Source: Paragordius varius
Taxonomy: Eukaryota > Animalia > Nematomorpha
Assembly (NCBI GenBank): GCA_964247055.1
Contig: OZ176059.1
Location: forward strand, 1,674,001 to 1,738,000
Reading direction: 5' to 3'
DNA length: 64,000 nucleotides
A model generated the notes under the pieces. It was not told the DNA's origin and made no database searches. It saw only the letters and a program-made list of their open reading frames with translations. How positions within the stretch are numbered: the stretch's first letter is position 1; each line of letters begins with the position of its first letter. The translations under genes were made by a program, and so were the position numbers. Of the stretch, positions 1 through 12,120 are shown piece by piece.

Positions 1-470
1 AAGTCACCTTGGGATTCTATTTACTGTTTCCAAATTATGACACATTTATCTAGTATCATTTATTGGTCTTTCTCATTGCTCATACACACCTATTGATTTT
101 TGTGATGGATGTTTCTATTTTTGTAAAGTTTCAGTTCCATCATCATTCAATAACTCTTGCCTTTTGGTGTCTTCGCAGTTGTGTGGCTTGCCAGAGCGCC
201 TATCATTTTTCACATGATATTACTTTTATTAATTCGAAACCATGTTACACATGTGTTAATCGATAGAGCATGTCCAATATGTTTCTTTCCGCAAACTTTG
301 GTTTCAACAACCATTTTCCTGATGACAATATTTCCACAAAATGTTCTTTTTCAGGCACAAAATTCGATTTGAATACTGAAGTTGCTATTTTTGGTGAGTG
401 AACTTAACTTGTGTGTGTTTTTCGATTAATTATAGAGGAACAAATGGGGTATGTTTCAAACTTTGACATT
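1..470 (-). pseudogene. Decayed mariner (Mos1-like) transposase N-terminus, truncated by the window edge
   Basis: Minus-strand frames give SNFVPEKEHFVEIL, HIGHALSINTCVTWFRINKS and KNDRRSGKPHNCEDTKRQELLNDDGTETLQK. These follow the mariner paired-HTH region (cf. Mos1 MSSFVPNKEQ...TCERWFQRFKSGDF...KEHGKPPKRYEDAELQALLDED), with stops and frameshifts. No TIR was identified. Confidence 0.7.
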
Positions 471-2472
471 TTCTTTTAATTAAACCGGTAAAAACTTATA
501 AAAACACTTGAGCTTGCCAAATTCATAATTAAAAATGTAGTTTTTCCAATTATTCATTGGCTTTATCCGAAAAATATGGGTCACATTGAGCATGAGGTAA
601 AAAACTGTATTTAAGCAATTTGGTGAAGAATTTTCGTTTTATCAAGTTACAATGGGTAAAACTTTGCATCAGATAATAGTTAAATATACATAATTTAAAG
701 ATTGGTAAGCGTCTAAAATGCAAAAACAATTTGAAATATTAGAAATCTATTATAAAATAATAAAAATGTTATACAATGTGTTTTCCGTTTTTTGTACAAA
801 TAGGCCCTTAATCCATTTATACCAATTTAGAGTTTTATATTTCACGTCACATACAAATCTATCATTTTCTCCTTCTTGAATCAAAATTATATACTTTGAC
901 AGCTCTACATTTCATACATAAATAGATATAAGGATTACCCTTTTGTTCGGATACCATTTTTTGACATATTCTTGGTATATAAGCGGGCTAAACCGTAGGA
1001 ACACGAGGGAACCACATTCATATATGGCTTCTGAGTCTTGAAACTGTAAAGCCTGTCTTAAATCCCCATACAATTTTTTGATTCCGTGAATCATGAGATA
1101 TATTCGAAAATCTCTAAAGCAAAAAGTAATATAAAAACACAAAATATAAAAAGTAAAAGATTTATATTTTTTATCGATAATGAAAAATCTAATTATAATA
1201 TTACAAACCTTTCGTTTGGGTCGCAAGTTAATGCATAGTGATGTAAATTGGTTGCAAAATAAATTATTAAATTGTTATTAAATTATATGTATTGTGTGAC
1301 TAAATAAAATTATATTTTTTGGAAATTATTTTGTATAATTTACCTGCTGTGTAAACTTCTAAATTTGTCGATATCGTTCATAACTTTTTGAAAGTTTATT
1401 GGGAGGGCAATTTTTAGTTCCGCAATTTCGGAGGTTTTTAACGTTGGAAACATGCGACGAAAGTAATTAATCCAATTTATCTACAAAACAAATGAAAATA
1501 TTTATGTTATTGCTCTTAAACATATTTTCTAAGATTTAGATCTAACGATATGAAATATTTTGTTAATGCTATAAAAAAATTTATTATCAAAAAAGTTAGA
1601 TGCGTAACAATGAGCTATTCCGATATATTGGCATACCATATTTCTCGATAAAAAGTTTAAGAAAAAATTTATATTTATTACATAAGGGGGGTTTATTTTG
1701 TTTCAAACCTAGCACTAAGAGCGCGGAACTTTATTGGAAACAATTGATCTCATTTACAATTTAGAATAATCTTATTTGCAAATTAAAAATTATTTTAATC
1801 TCAAAATATGATGTTGATTCTTAATGATGACTTTAATTAAGCCTGTCCAATATTTTCCATAATAATTTTATGGGTGTAATAATAGCCTTGGATAATGTAT
1901 AAGGATATAATCTTTTATGCATCGGTAGTATAAATAATTTAATAGCCTAAGCGTTTATTTGAACGCTTTCAAAATTTTAGGCGAAATTCTGCAGACCAAT
2001 GGATTCTTTCTTATTAAAATAATCGAGTCTCTCTTGTAAAACGAAAGGAAACCAAAATTTGGTACAATATATATAATTGTATACAAATAAATATAAAGAC
2101 ATGGTATTACGAATATCAAAATGTTGAATGCGGTAATATACTTTTTAAGTTTTTTTTGTAAGCTATCCAAAAAAATCGCATTTTTTCGCAATCGGGTCGT
2201 ATAAAAAAATAAATATTATCAGCGCTAAAATGTATGTATCATATAGTCATAAACCAATATAATAATAAGGTTTAATGATTAAGTATACAATGCAAGTTTT
2301 TTATTGATTATTGCCAGATAGCTAATGAAGCAAAGGTAATATAATTGGCCTATAGCTAATTTTTTGCTTTTAACTGCTGTTGTAATGCTCTTGCAGAGAT
2401 CATCTGGCAATATTTAATAAAAAACTAACACAGTATATTTATTCATATTGTATTAACACTTCGAATAAAATT

Positions 2473-2950
2473 GGGGTATCTAACCCCAGACAATATTTAA
2501 ATAGATATTTTGATAAAACTAGGTTCCAATTAAAATTTATGCTTCAATCCTGATAAAATTATATAAATAACCTAAAATATCTAAATAAAATTTAGTTTTT
2601 GGAAAAAAAATTCCGTCTCAAATTACTTGGACGCCATTGCTATTTTACAACATTTTTGCAAAATATCGTGTTTATTTGATTCTAAGCTTAAATTAAGTTT
2701 ACTTTTTTTTATTAAAATTACATTTAACATTAATATAGACAGAAAAATGGTATATTTTGCATTATTTTTGTATTTTGCTCACACATGTCATATTGGCCAA
2801 ATCTTTGAAAAAAATTTATAAAATATTTTAGAATATTATTAATTATATTTCGGTTCATTAATGTCATATAAGGAACTTTTGCCAGAGTTTTAATTTATTA
2901 CATATTATTTGAAATATTTATATTTAAAGCCTGGGGTATCTAACTACCCC
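2473..2950. mobile_element. MITE with GGGGTA...TACCCC termini
   Basis: Left end aatt|GGGGTATCTAACCCCAG, right end CTGGGGTATCTAACTACCCC|aatt; AATT lies on both flanks. A related terminus (aaattGGGGTATCTAAATACCCCAG) occurs at ~63931-63954. Confidence 0.55.
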
Positions 2951-3367
2951 AATTTAGATCTAAGAACCCAAATGAATACGTTGTATCCAAGTGTTAAAAG
3001 AGTAATGCGATTGAATTGGTAAAAACAAATTGAAATAGCGATGTTGCGGTGATATGTTTGATATGACTAATTATGTATAAAGAAAACCAAATAGTTTGTT
3101 GAAAAATATTTAAAGCCAATAAACCAAGCATATTTCTGGAGATATGCATTCTGACTAATTATTGTATACTTTTAAATACCTGCCTGTTATTTTAATTTCT
3201 TACAAATCGATGTAGGATAAAACTTTTATTTACCCATACTTTTAACTAACGCGGTCTAATATATGACGGTATTAAATAAATATTAATAAATATCGCCATT
3301 TTTATGGTGGGAGTTTCGCACTAAAGTACGATTAGTTTTAATCAATGTGAAATCAATTCACCAAAGT

Positions 3368-3558
3368 ACAATAAAAATTTAAATTATACAAAAAACGTAA
3401 AATTTAAAGTATGTTGCGTTGTGAATTGGTAGAACAATTATTATTTTACAATTGTAATTACATATAAAAAATTCATTAAAAAAAATTTGATTATTTTTCG
3501 AAAAAAATATTTGTCTTTAAGTTTTTACGTTTTGGCTTTATAATTTAAACTTTTACTG
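3368..3558. mobile_element. MITE family B, short degenerate copy
   Basis: Left tacaataaaaatttaaattatacaaaaaacgtaaaa and right ttttacgttttggctttataatttaaacttttactgta match the family B termini. Confidence 0.5.
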
Positions 3559-3794
3559 TATACTTGTATGGGATATTATTGTGCTTATGAAAAAAATCTT
3601 TTTCAGATAATTGTGTTTTTCAATTAAAATTTTTATACAAGCCAATGTGCGAAAATTGCCACATAAATGAAATATTTTTTAGTATTTAAACCGGATCAAT
3701 CATTTGAATATTTGTCACATTGAAGTTGTCATCTATCGATGCGCTATACATTACCCAAACCCTTTTTTATGATCTTCTTTATCGCAAGTTATAA

Positions 3795-4401
3795 TCTATA
3801 TATTTATAAAAATGGAAAATGCTGGCTTTGTGATCTGGTACAGGAAAACCGGTAGACCCATTCAAATCCAATCATCGAAAAAATATAATCATTAATGAAT
3901 GCCCCGACAATAGCTTCGCCCTTTTTTTGAAATAGGCCCCCAGTTCGGGCCCATCAGTGTGAAAAACGGGTTTTTTTGAAAACACAAGTCCACAAAAATC
4001 GTGTCTTTGAGACAATTTTCCGGAGAACGTGTTGGTCCATTCTATTTCAAATATGATTTTTATTTAGTTATTTTCGATTGCGCCAAACATAGTCGAGTCA
4101 CTTTTTTGATTTAGGCCCTCTTTTTACCCGCTCCCCCTGTAAAATGCTACCTTTTTCAAAAAACAAAGTCCACAAAAATATTTTTTTAAATCTCTTTTTC
4201 GACCAAGATATGAGACCGTAAAAATTCATATGAATGCACCGTTTTAAGATTCCTATGAGATCATAGCTATTAAATAATTTTTCGAAATAATCCACATATG
4301 TAGATCATTTTATTGTCCCTTTTTTCAAATAACCCCCCCCCCCCAAAAAAAAAGTCCGAAGGACTTCCTCGGGCTGCGTAGCAGCACGAGATTTCTGCTA
4401 G
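3795..4401 (+). mobile_element. Complete non-autonomous Helitron (607 bp)
   Basis: 5' A|TCTATATATTTATAAAAATG at 3795. The 3' end has hairpins AAGTCC-gaa-GGACTT (4352-4366) and CTCGGGCTGC-gta-GCAGCACGAG (4368-4390), then CTAG|T at 4398-4402. Inserted between A and T with no TSD, as Helitrons are. Confidence 0.8.
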
Positions 4402-4434
<33 letters not shown>

Positions 4435-4699
4435 CTTACCCAAGATTTTTTCATTTGTCCAATTTTAATTGTTTCTGTGTGTTCGGCGAAATTCTACATA
4501 ATTTATTAAATACAAAGAGTTGCTAATTAATTTTGTTTATCAAATAATGAAAATTCAAAACCAAAATAAATACAGTTTATCTGTAAAAGTAAGCGTGTTT
4601 TCATATACACATTCTTTTTTACTAAATATTTTTAAATTCTTTTATTAACAACGGAATTCCTTATTGAGATCCGAAACTAGTCTAATTGTTTTCAAAAAT

Positions 4700-4739
<40 letters not shown>

Positions 4740-4809
4740 CTTATATTTTTGAAAAAATTGGATCTATAACATATCAAGTTATTTTGTCACATTATACTTT
4801 TAAACAAAT

Positions 4810-6120
4810 TTAAGATAGATTGCATACCAGATATTTCAGTTCAAAATCTCTCAATCTATCTAGTAGTAAACAATCGTTTTCTGATATCCCTAATACATGG
4901 TAGGCAATAAAACTGTTAGTGGCTGTAGGCATTGGATGACGTTGATTAAACAATTTGAATGGTTTGATTATTTGTAAAGATTCAACATTTATTCCATTTG
5001 ACGGGAGGGATGTAGCAGGAGTTGTCGTTGATACCCGGAACAAGGCATCACGGCTCACATCAAAGTGTAACCAATATATAAGTTGTAAATCGTGTTGGAC
5101 CCATATGCTATCAAGATTAAAGGAGAGTCCATACGAATATCTATCCTCAATTACTTTTGTATGTGGACACTGCTTAGTAGAGGTTTGTGGTTCTTGTTGG
5201 GGACGATTAGGGTACCTAAATGGTGTAGCTTGCCGTGGTACACGTGCCAAATTTGATGATGATGTTGATGATAATTCCTTTGGTGTATCAATTAAACTTT
5301 TTCCTGATCCAGTAGATCGGTATCTTCGATCATACGACGGATTATACGGATTATATCCGTAATAACCCCCATATGATGGCGTTTGTTGAACCACAGGAGG
5401 TCTATAGTTTTGGAATAATTCACGTAAAGCATTTAGAGCTTGGATATGTGGATCTGGTTGTTGAGTATTGACGCCAGTTTGTTTATTTGGTTTTTCATCT
5501 CTCTCCGTTTTAATGTAATCATGACCAAAAAAATGTTTTAAATAATCGATTAAATCGATATCTAGGGCAGACGGAGACAATAGGTTTTCGTAGTTTTCTT
5601 TACCTAAAGCTACACATTGATTCTGAAATGTCCTTGCTAAATCCAAAAGGCTATTATACATATTATCATTGAACGGTTTTCTACTTGTAGGGTGAGTCAT
5701 AGGTTCTATATATCAAAATATGATTCAATCTACAATTTTACTAATGTATATTTAATATATATATTTATATATATACCATTTACAGTTCAAATTCACCCTT
5801 GAACAATTCAAATTCACCCTTGAACAATTCAAATTCACCTTTGAACAATTCAAATTCACCCTAAAAATAAATTACGTGTTTTTGAACTAATCTAACTCAT
5901 TATTAATATGAAATATATGTTTATGGTATAGTTTATTATTTTTTCAGTATTATTTTAATTTAAAACAAAATTTTTATTTTTTAAAAATATATAAAATATA
6001 GGTGTTTTTTAATCTTAAAAAACATATATTTTATTTGAGGGTGAATTTGAATTGTTCAAGGGTGAATTTGAATTGTTTAAGGGTGAATTTGAATTGTTTA
6101 AGGGTGAAATTGAATTGTAA

Positions 6121-6175
<55 letters not shown>

Positions 6176-6594
6176 TATTTAAAATTTATTACGTTTGAGT
6201 TTATTGTAGTAAATAATTTACAAAAGTTAGGCAAAACAACCTTTCATTTCCATAATCAAGTTAAACATTCGTTCCATAACCAGCGTCAATGCTTCTTCAA
6301 ATGCATTGAGAGTTCCATGTTTTGATAGAAATATGTGTTCCTCCAAAAAAATATCCATCCAGCCTTTGTAATTAGCGCAAGCATGAATGTAAAAATCGTA
6401 ACATATATTATCAGATCCATCAGTAATGATATCCGTTCGCCGTGTCACATTAACTAGTTGAGCCAGGATGTGGGGGTCAGGACTATCTTGTTTGGGCTCA
6501 TTTTCTTCATCTATAGGTTTACCATTGGATGGAGTATGTGCACTGCCATGATTAAGTTGTAATCTAAGTGGATGTATAACTGGTACCAATCCAC
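4810..6594 (-). CDS. Orphan protein, probable exons 6594-6241 and 5705-4810 (5' part not found)
   Basis: Two open frames, more GC-rich than their flanks. Acceptor tttag|GT at 6594, weak donor AAAG|gttgtt at 6240 and acceptor atatag|AA at 5705 join them in frame (MEMK-E-PMTHP). No domain recognised. Confidence 0.5.
5774..6125. mobile_element. MITE family A (TACCATTTAC termini with 21-bp subterminal tandem repeats)
   Basis: TIR TACCATTTACAGTTCAAATTCACCC followed by 3 repeats of TTGAACAATTCAAATTCACCC, mirrored at the right end; flanked by (TA)n. Confidence 0.85.
6124..6170. repeat. (TA)n microsatellite
   Basis: Long TA run; similar runs at ~4402-4433, 4706-4737, 24623-24645, 25527-25555, 29370-29393 and 39398-39424. 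Confidence 0.95.
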
Positions 6595-7622
6595 CTAAAC
6601 GCAAAAGATTTACTGATAAAATCGGAAACGAATATCAAAGTTATTTATCTGTTTTTAAATATATTATCGCATTAAATTGTTATAAATTTAAAAATTAAAT
6701 TAAATTTGATGACCTGAACCACATTATGAAGTTAAATTAAACTTATTTTTTATTGGATAAAAAAAACGCCATTAGAAGCATAAACAATGTTTTTATGCTT
6801 TTAATATGCGAAAAAACTGTTCAAAAAATTATTTAGATTTCACCGATATTATAAATTGTCCCTCCATTTCGAAAAAAAAATACAAATGCTTCCCTCGATG
6901 ATGGAACTACTTATGTAATAAAATATAAATTACAAAAATTTAAATTGATATTATAGAGACCTCCAATACTGAATATATACCATTTTTTGGTGGGAAGCAA
7001 CATTTTAACCAAACGTAACATTTTTTCAGATGAACGTAAAATTTTTCAAGCAAAGACTAATGAAAAAATTTTGGTTTTGTTGTTATGTTTGGTTGAAAAA
7101 ATTTTGCTTTTGCTAAAAAATGTTCTCTTTGCTTGAAAAATTTTGCGTTTGGTTAAAAAAATGTTGGGTAATATAATAAAATAAAAATTATTTTAACTTA
7201 AATATATGATATTATAGAATACTCCTGTCGATTTTATTTTAAACTTTTAAAACTATGTTTAGGCACCACAATAATATCATTGTGGGGCAAACACAGTAAC
7301 CAAAACTATTACAGGTCATTTCAGTTTTCAAATGACTAAAACGGTTTGTAATTAATATATCTGTTACCATATAAGTTTATTATACATTAAGGTGTATTTA
7401 ATGATTACTAGTTGGGCAACAACTAAATGTTGAATAAACAAATTTTGCATTTCATACATTACTTTGTTTATTTTATTCAATATTTTGTTGTTTCTTTCCA
7501 CGCCCTACTGTGTAGCATATTGCCAACTGTCGTGTAAAATAAGCAAACATTAAAATGCATACTGTGATTGAACGTTTTTTCCAATTTTCAAATGTAACTG
7601 ATACAAAACGAAAAACCTTATA

Positions 7623-7846
7623 CAGTCATGTATCCTTTATTTTATCAAAAATTTATTTTTTTTCCGTTAAATGGGTATAAATATTTGGTAAAGAAGAATG
7701 GAAAAACAAGAGCTCTATGGTATTAACAATATCATATTCATCAAAAAAGGATATAGTTTACCATAGAACTCTTGTTTTTCCATTCTTCTTTACCAAATAT
7801 TTATACCCATTTAACGAAACTTGATAAAATAAAGGATACATGACTG
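7623..7846. mobile_element. MITE family C (near-palindromic, CAGTCATGTATCC termini, TA TSD; Tc1/mariner-like)
   Basis: ta|CAGTCATGTATCCTTTATTTTATCAA ... TTGATAAAATAAAGGATACATGACTG|ta; almost the whole element is an inverted repeat. Confidence 0.85.
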
Positions 7847-8970
7847 TACAAGGATACAGACATGTAAAATAAAGCTAAGAACAATAAAAATGGGTACACG
7901 GACAAAACGTAAAAACTAACAGACAAATAATTTATGAAAGGATAATCTTTTAAATCAATTTTTCCCATATAAATTATTTATTTAAAATTTTAATTAACAT
8001 AATTTAATGTAATAATTTGCATTTCCATGCTTTATCCCAGAAAGATGAATTAAAATTGAATAAGGTTTTAAAGATGTATGGCAGTCCTATAAAAAATATT
8101 ATTTTGTCTGTATAATTTCATAATCTAAAAAACTCAAATTGTGAAAAATAGCCACGGTACTGTAATATAAGTAGTAACATGATGTTTAATTTAGTTTCTA
8201 ATATAATTAAAAGTTATTTGTATAGTAAAAATATTAGATGTAAACGTTTTCTATAAAATTTAAAAAATAATTTATTTATGTATTCAATCTAATATCGTTG
8301 ATCGAACTAACTTGATTGAATCTCCTTATGTTAATTAAATTAAATGGTTAATTTCGACATTCGATTCTGCATCTATAGAGGTTTAAATAAAAACTAACCC
8401 ATTAAATTATAAAATAATTTTAATCAACCAATATGTGCATCCTGTATTTTAATGTAAAAAAATCACAAATTAATACATACTACCGAACATGTAAATATAA
8501 ATTTCCTTTCGGACATTTTAAAGATCAAGATGGCTAAAAATAGCTTTAGTTAATGATAATAAATATAGTCACGTTAAATTCAACATATTATTTTTCAGGA
8601 AAAATATATAAAATATTTGTAACTTTTTACTGTAAAAATTTACGATAAATGCTAACCGTAGAGTGCCAGAAGGATTAAAAGACCAGCCGTTGACATATTC
8701 ATTATTACCATATCTTTCAGGAAAATAATAAATTTTAATTTTAGTTTCACACAAAAAGAAATTGAAAAATGTTTAAATAATTTTTATAAAAAGCTCAAAT
8801 ATTTATATGTAGGTGAAAATGAAAATTTGTTTTTATATTATTTATCTTATCATAGCAAAACATTTTAAGGTAACCAATCAAACAGTATAATAACCATTAT
8901 TTTATAGTCTTTATTTCTTCTGATCAATAAAGTGGTGGTTTTTTTATTGAAAAGTACACTAACCTTTAAC

Positions 8971-9113
8971 CTAAACATAGATTTGGATAACAGATCGGTA
9001 AATCACCATTTGATTTAGTATGTTTATATGATAGTTTTATTTCTAAACATATATTTGGATAACAGATCGGTAAATCACCATTTGATTTAGTGTGTTTATA
9101 TGATAGTTTTATT
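8971..9113. repeat. 72-bp tandem duplication (2 copies)
   Basis: CTAAACATAGATTTGGATAACAGATCGGTAAATCACCATTTGATTTAG... starts at 8971 and again at 9043 with very few differences. Confidence 0.9.
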
Positions 9114-10423
9114 GGTTATAATCAATAAAAAATGTTATTTATTGTTTTTCAGAGTTCGATATTGTAATTTTAACAACATAAATTGAGAGCCTATTATGTA
9201 CTATGTTAAACCTCTCTTTCCTTTTTTTATTGTGTTTTACATCACTAAGACAATAAAATTATTGGGTATTATTTTTTTATTAATTGTTGAATACACCATT
9301 AAAATATAAATTATAGAGAGAAATATTATTATTATTATTATATTATTATTATTATGAGAATATTAAACCTTACAAAATATATATAGGTAATTAAACATGA
9401 GCAGAAAAAAATAAATCTAAAAATTAACCATTTTGATGTACAAATGCATACTGTAAAAATATATATTCGTTTGGCCTAAAAATAATAAAATAGTTAAGGG
9501 TTTCTGGAACAAACGTTATGGTATAAAAAATAGGTTGCTTTAATTATATATATATATATATTAAAATATGGGGGGGGGGGAGGGGGGGGGAAACTGTTTA
9601 ATTGCTAGCTTTTGTTGTTTTTTACCATATACACTACTGTATTATAGTGTGTTTTTGACAACTTTACAATAATACCAAATGCAATATAAATAACTGAATG
9701 TGTGCCAGGTTAAGAGACTTCGATTTATTTAAAATTTGATATTGTTAATTAATACTAAAGAGTGCGGTTTGAAAAATGATGCGTGTTGTTTGGTATAGTC
9801 CCATTTCCGATTGCTAATAAGTGTTGTTGTGAAAAAAAATGTCTGCCAAGGTATTATTTTGCAAATGTCCCCCAGGCATATTTTTATATAAAGTTAACGT
9901 TCTAACATGATGCCATAGAATTTTTTAAGGCACGAATAGAATCTTTAAGTAGCTATACTCTAATCTACGGTTAAACCTAATGTTAATTTTCAGTTTATTT
10001 TTAAAATTTTAGTTTAATTTTCATGAATGTCAATAAAATTTAATTTAGATTCGTATAACCGAAAGCATAAAAGTTGGATATATATACGAATTCGATATGT
10101 GAAAACCCCAAGTCAAATAGTTGTGTCGTACTGATGAATGCTAACAAGCACGAAAGTGGTCTGCGATTACTATTGACGAAAGGCTTTCACATAGCGTTTA
10201 TAATTTCTGTTAATAAAAAAAACTTTCAATTGATTTCATATTTAATTTTCGTTTTTTATTATCTTACGGATTTAACAACTGTTAATACAGACAATGTTTG
10301 TCTAAAATCTTCGGAGAGTAATACCAAAACATATTTAAAAATCTCCCTCCTGTCGTGTTGTAACAATTGATTATGGGCCTCGAGTGATTTTTTACACAAT
10401 TGTACATTCATCCCATACAATTA

Positions 10424-10776
10424 TACCATTTACAGTTCAAATTCACTCTTGAACAATTCAAATTCACCCTCGAACAACGCAAATTCACCCTCGAACAATG
10501 CAAATTCACCCATATACAATTCAAATTCGCCCTAAAAATAAATTATGTGTTTTCGAACTGATAAAACTCATTATTAATATAAAATATATCTTTATCGTAT
10601 ATTCTATTATTTTTTTCAGTACTATTTTAATTTAAAACAAAATTTTATTTTTTAAAAACATAAAAAAATATAGGTAATTTTTAATCTTAAAAATATATAA
10701 TTTATTTGAGGGTGAATTTGAATTGTTCAAGGGTGAATTTGAATTGTTTAAGGTTGAATTTGAATTGTAAATGGTA
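10424..10776. mobile_element. MITE family A inserted in the Helitron helicase remnant, TA TSD
   Basis: ta|TACCATTTAC...GTAAATGGTA|ta; removing the element plus one TA restores the frame KVLQQCNI-IVWDECT. Confidence 0.9.
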
Positions 10777-11259
10777 TATATTACATTGTTGCAAAACCTT
10801 CCCTATGTCAGATGATTTTGACACATTACACATAATATCTTCATGACGCATATTTAATGGCAATTTAAGAGCAGAATGAGCCGTCCTTCCTCCGGATAAT
10901 AAGGTAGAAACTATCTCAGAAAAAGCTATAGCCAAAGCTATTTTTTTACTTCTGACAGTTGCCAATATAAACTTCAAAGGAAATGTTTTACCGGTGTCCG
11001 CCCTGGTGCATCCAAAAAATATATCCCACCAACATCATTAGAAATATCTCGCATAATTTTATCGTATATTATCTTCTGTTATTGTGTTAGTTTGGATAAA
11101 TTACAATTTTGATAGGATATAAACTCAAATTCATTAAAACTTTGTTCACGACGAATCTCTATATTATATGGAAATTCAGCATTCGATTTGGAGATGGAAT
11201 TATCAGTAGGCTAAGAGGCCGGTTTGATATCTCTAGACAAATGTCCTTAACTCAATTTC

Positions 11260-12120
11260 TACATAGTGGCGCAGTTTTTGCCGGGTAACGTGTTACCCAA
11301 GAGCAGGTATAAAAAAGCGTTGGGAAAAATTTTTGCCTTTATATGGGGAATATCTGGAATTATCATAGATTACATATTTTGCTATAAGTTCTTGGAAATA
11401 TTGCTTTAAAACTTAAAAAGTGTTCTATGGCGGCGCATTTTGCAGGACGTAAAATTTTACTTAGCGTCTCATAAAAATGACCCCCTATACTAAAATATTT
11501 GTTTTTTAAGGGGTATTAAATTTTTAGGCCCTTATTTAACTCACATAGTCTCATAGGTTTCTGAAATTCGACTCCAAAGACATGCTGTATATGGTGCTGC
11601 AGTTTTACACGGGTAGCCCTTTAACCAGGGGCGAAACAAAAACGCCCGACTAAAATTTTGCCTTAATTCGGGTAATACTTGTAATCATTATTAATTCCAT
11701 ATGCTCTGGTGGGATTTTCGAAAAATTGCTTCAATAAGTTATTCTATGGTGGCGCATTTTTCAGGGCAAGCGCTTAATTAAGGGGTAATTTAAAAAACCG
11801 CTCTACTTAAATTTTTGCCTTGGGTAATATTTCAAGCCCTTATTAAACTAATATATGGCCTGATAAGTTTTTTAAAATTGCTTCGAAAGTCACGCTGTAT
11901 CGATATGGCGGCGCAGTTGTAGGCGGGTAGCCCCCTACACAACGGCCAATAAAAAAATACCTTTGATAAAAATTTTTGCCTTTGGGATACCTTGAATCAT
12001 CATTCATTCCATATATTCTTAATAGTTTTTGGAAGAATGGCTTCAAAAATAAATATTAGTTCAATGATAGCGCATTTTTTAAGGCGTAAAGGGCCTAATG
12101 GCTAATTTAAACAAACCGCT
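11260..12120. repeat. Degenerate tandem array of six ~160-bp units, alternating A/B types
   Basis: Core G(G)CGCA(G/T)TTT at 11268, 11432, 11596, 11751, 11910 and 12069 (spacing 155-164). Odd units continue GCAG...GGGTA(A/G)C; even units continue GCATTTT. Confidence 0.7.

Noticed and set aside
912-1226. 104-aa minus-strand ORF
   Set aside because: No recognisable motif and an AT-biased N-terminus; it may be a TE remnant but cannot be assigned.
4955-5362. 135-aa plus-strand ORF
   Set aside because: Antisense shadow of the longer minus-strand ORF.
5780-5850. 21-bp direct repeats suggestive of a CRISPR array
   Set aside because: No spacers, eukaryotic context, and the repeats are part of MITE TIRs.
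6031-6234. ORF with YIYIYI and KQFKFTL repeats
   Set aside because: Translation of (TA)n and MITE A repeats.
6340-6380. YKGWMDIF resembles the sodium-channel pore motif FKGWMDI
   Set aside because: No flanking transmembrane segments; judged coincidental.
8640-8712. Exon-like stretch YGNNEYVNGWSFNPSGTLRLAFI with AG/GT ends
   Set aside because: Its end phase does not match the orphan exon at 6594, so it was not linked.
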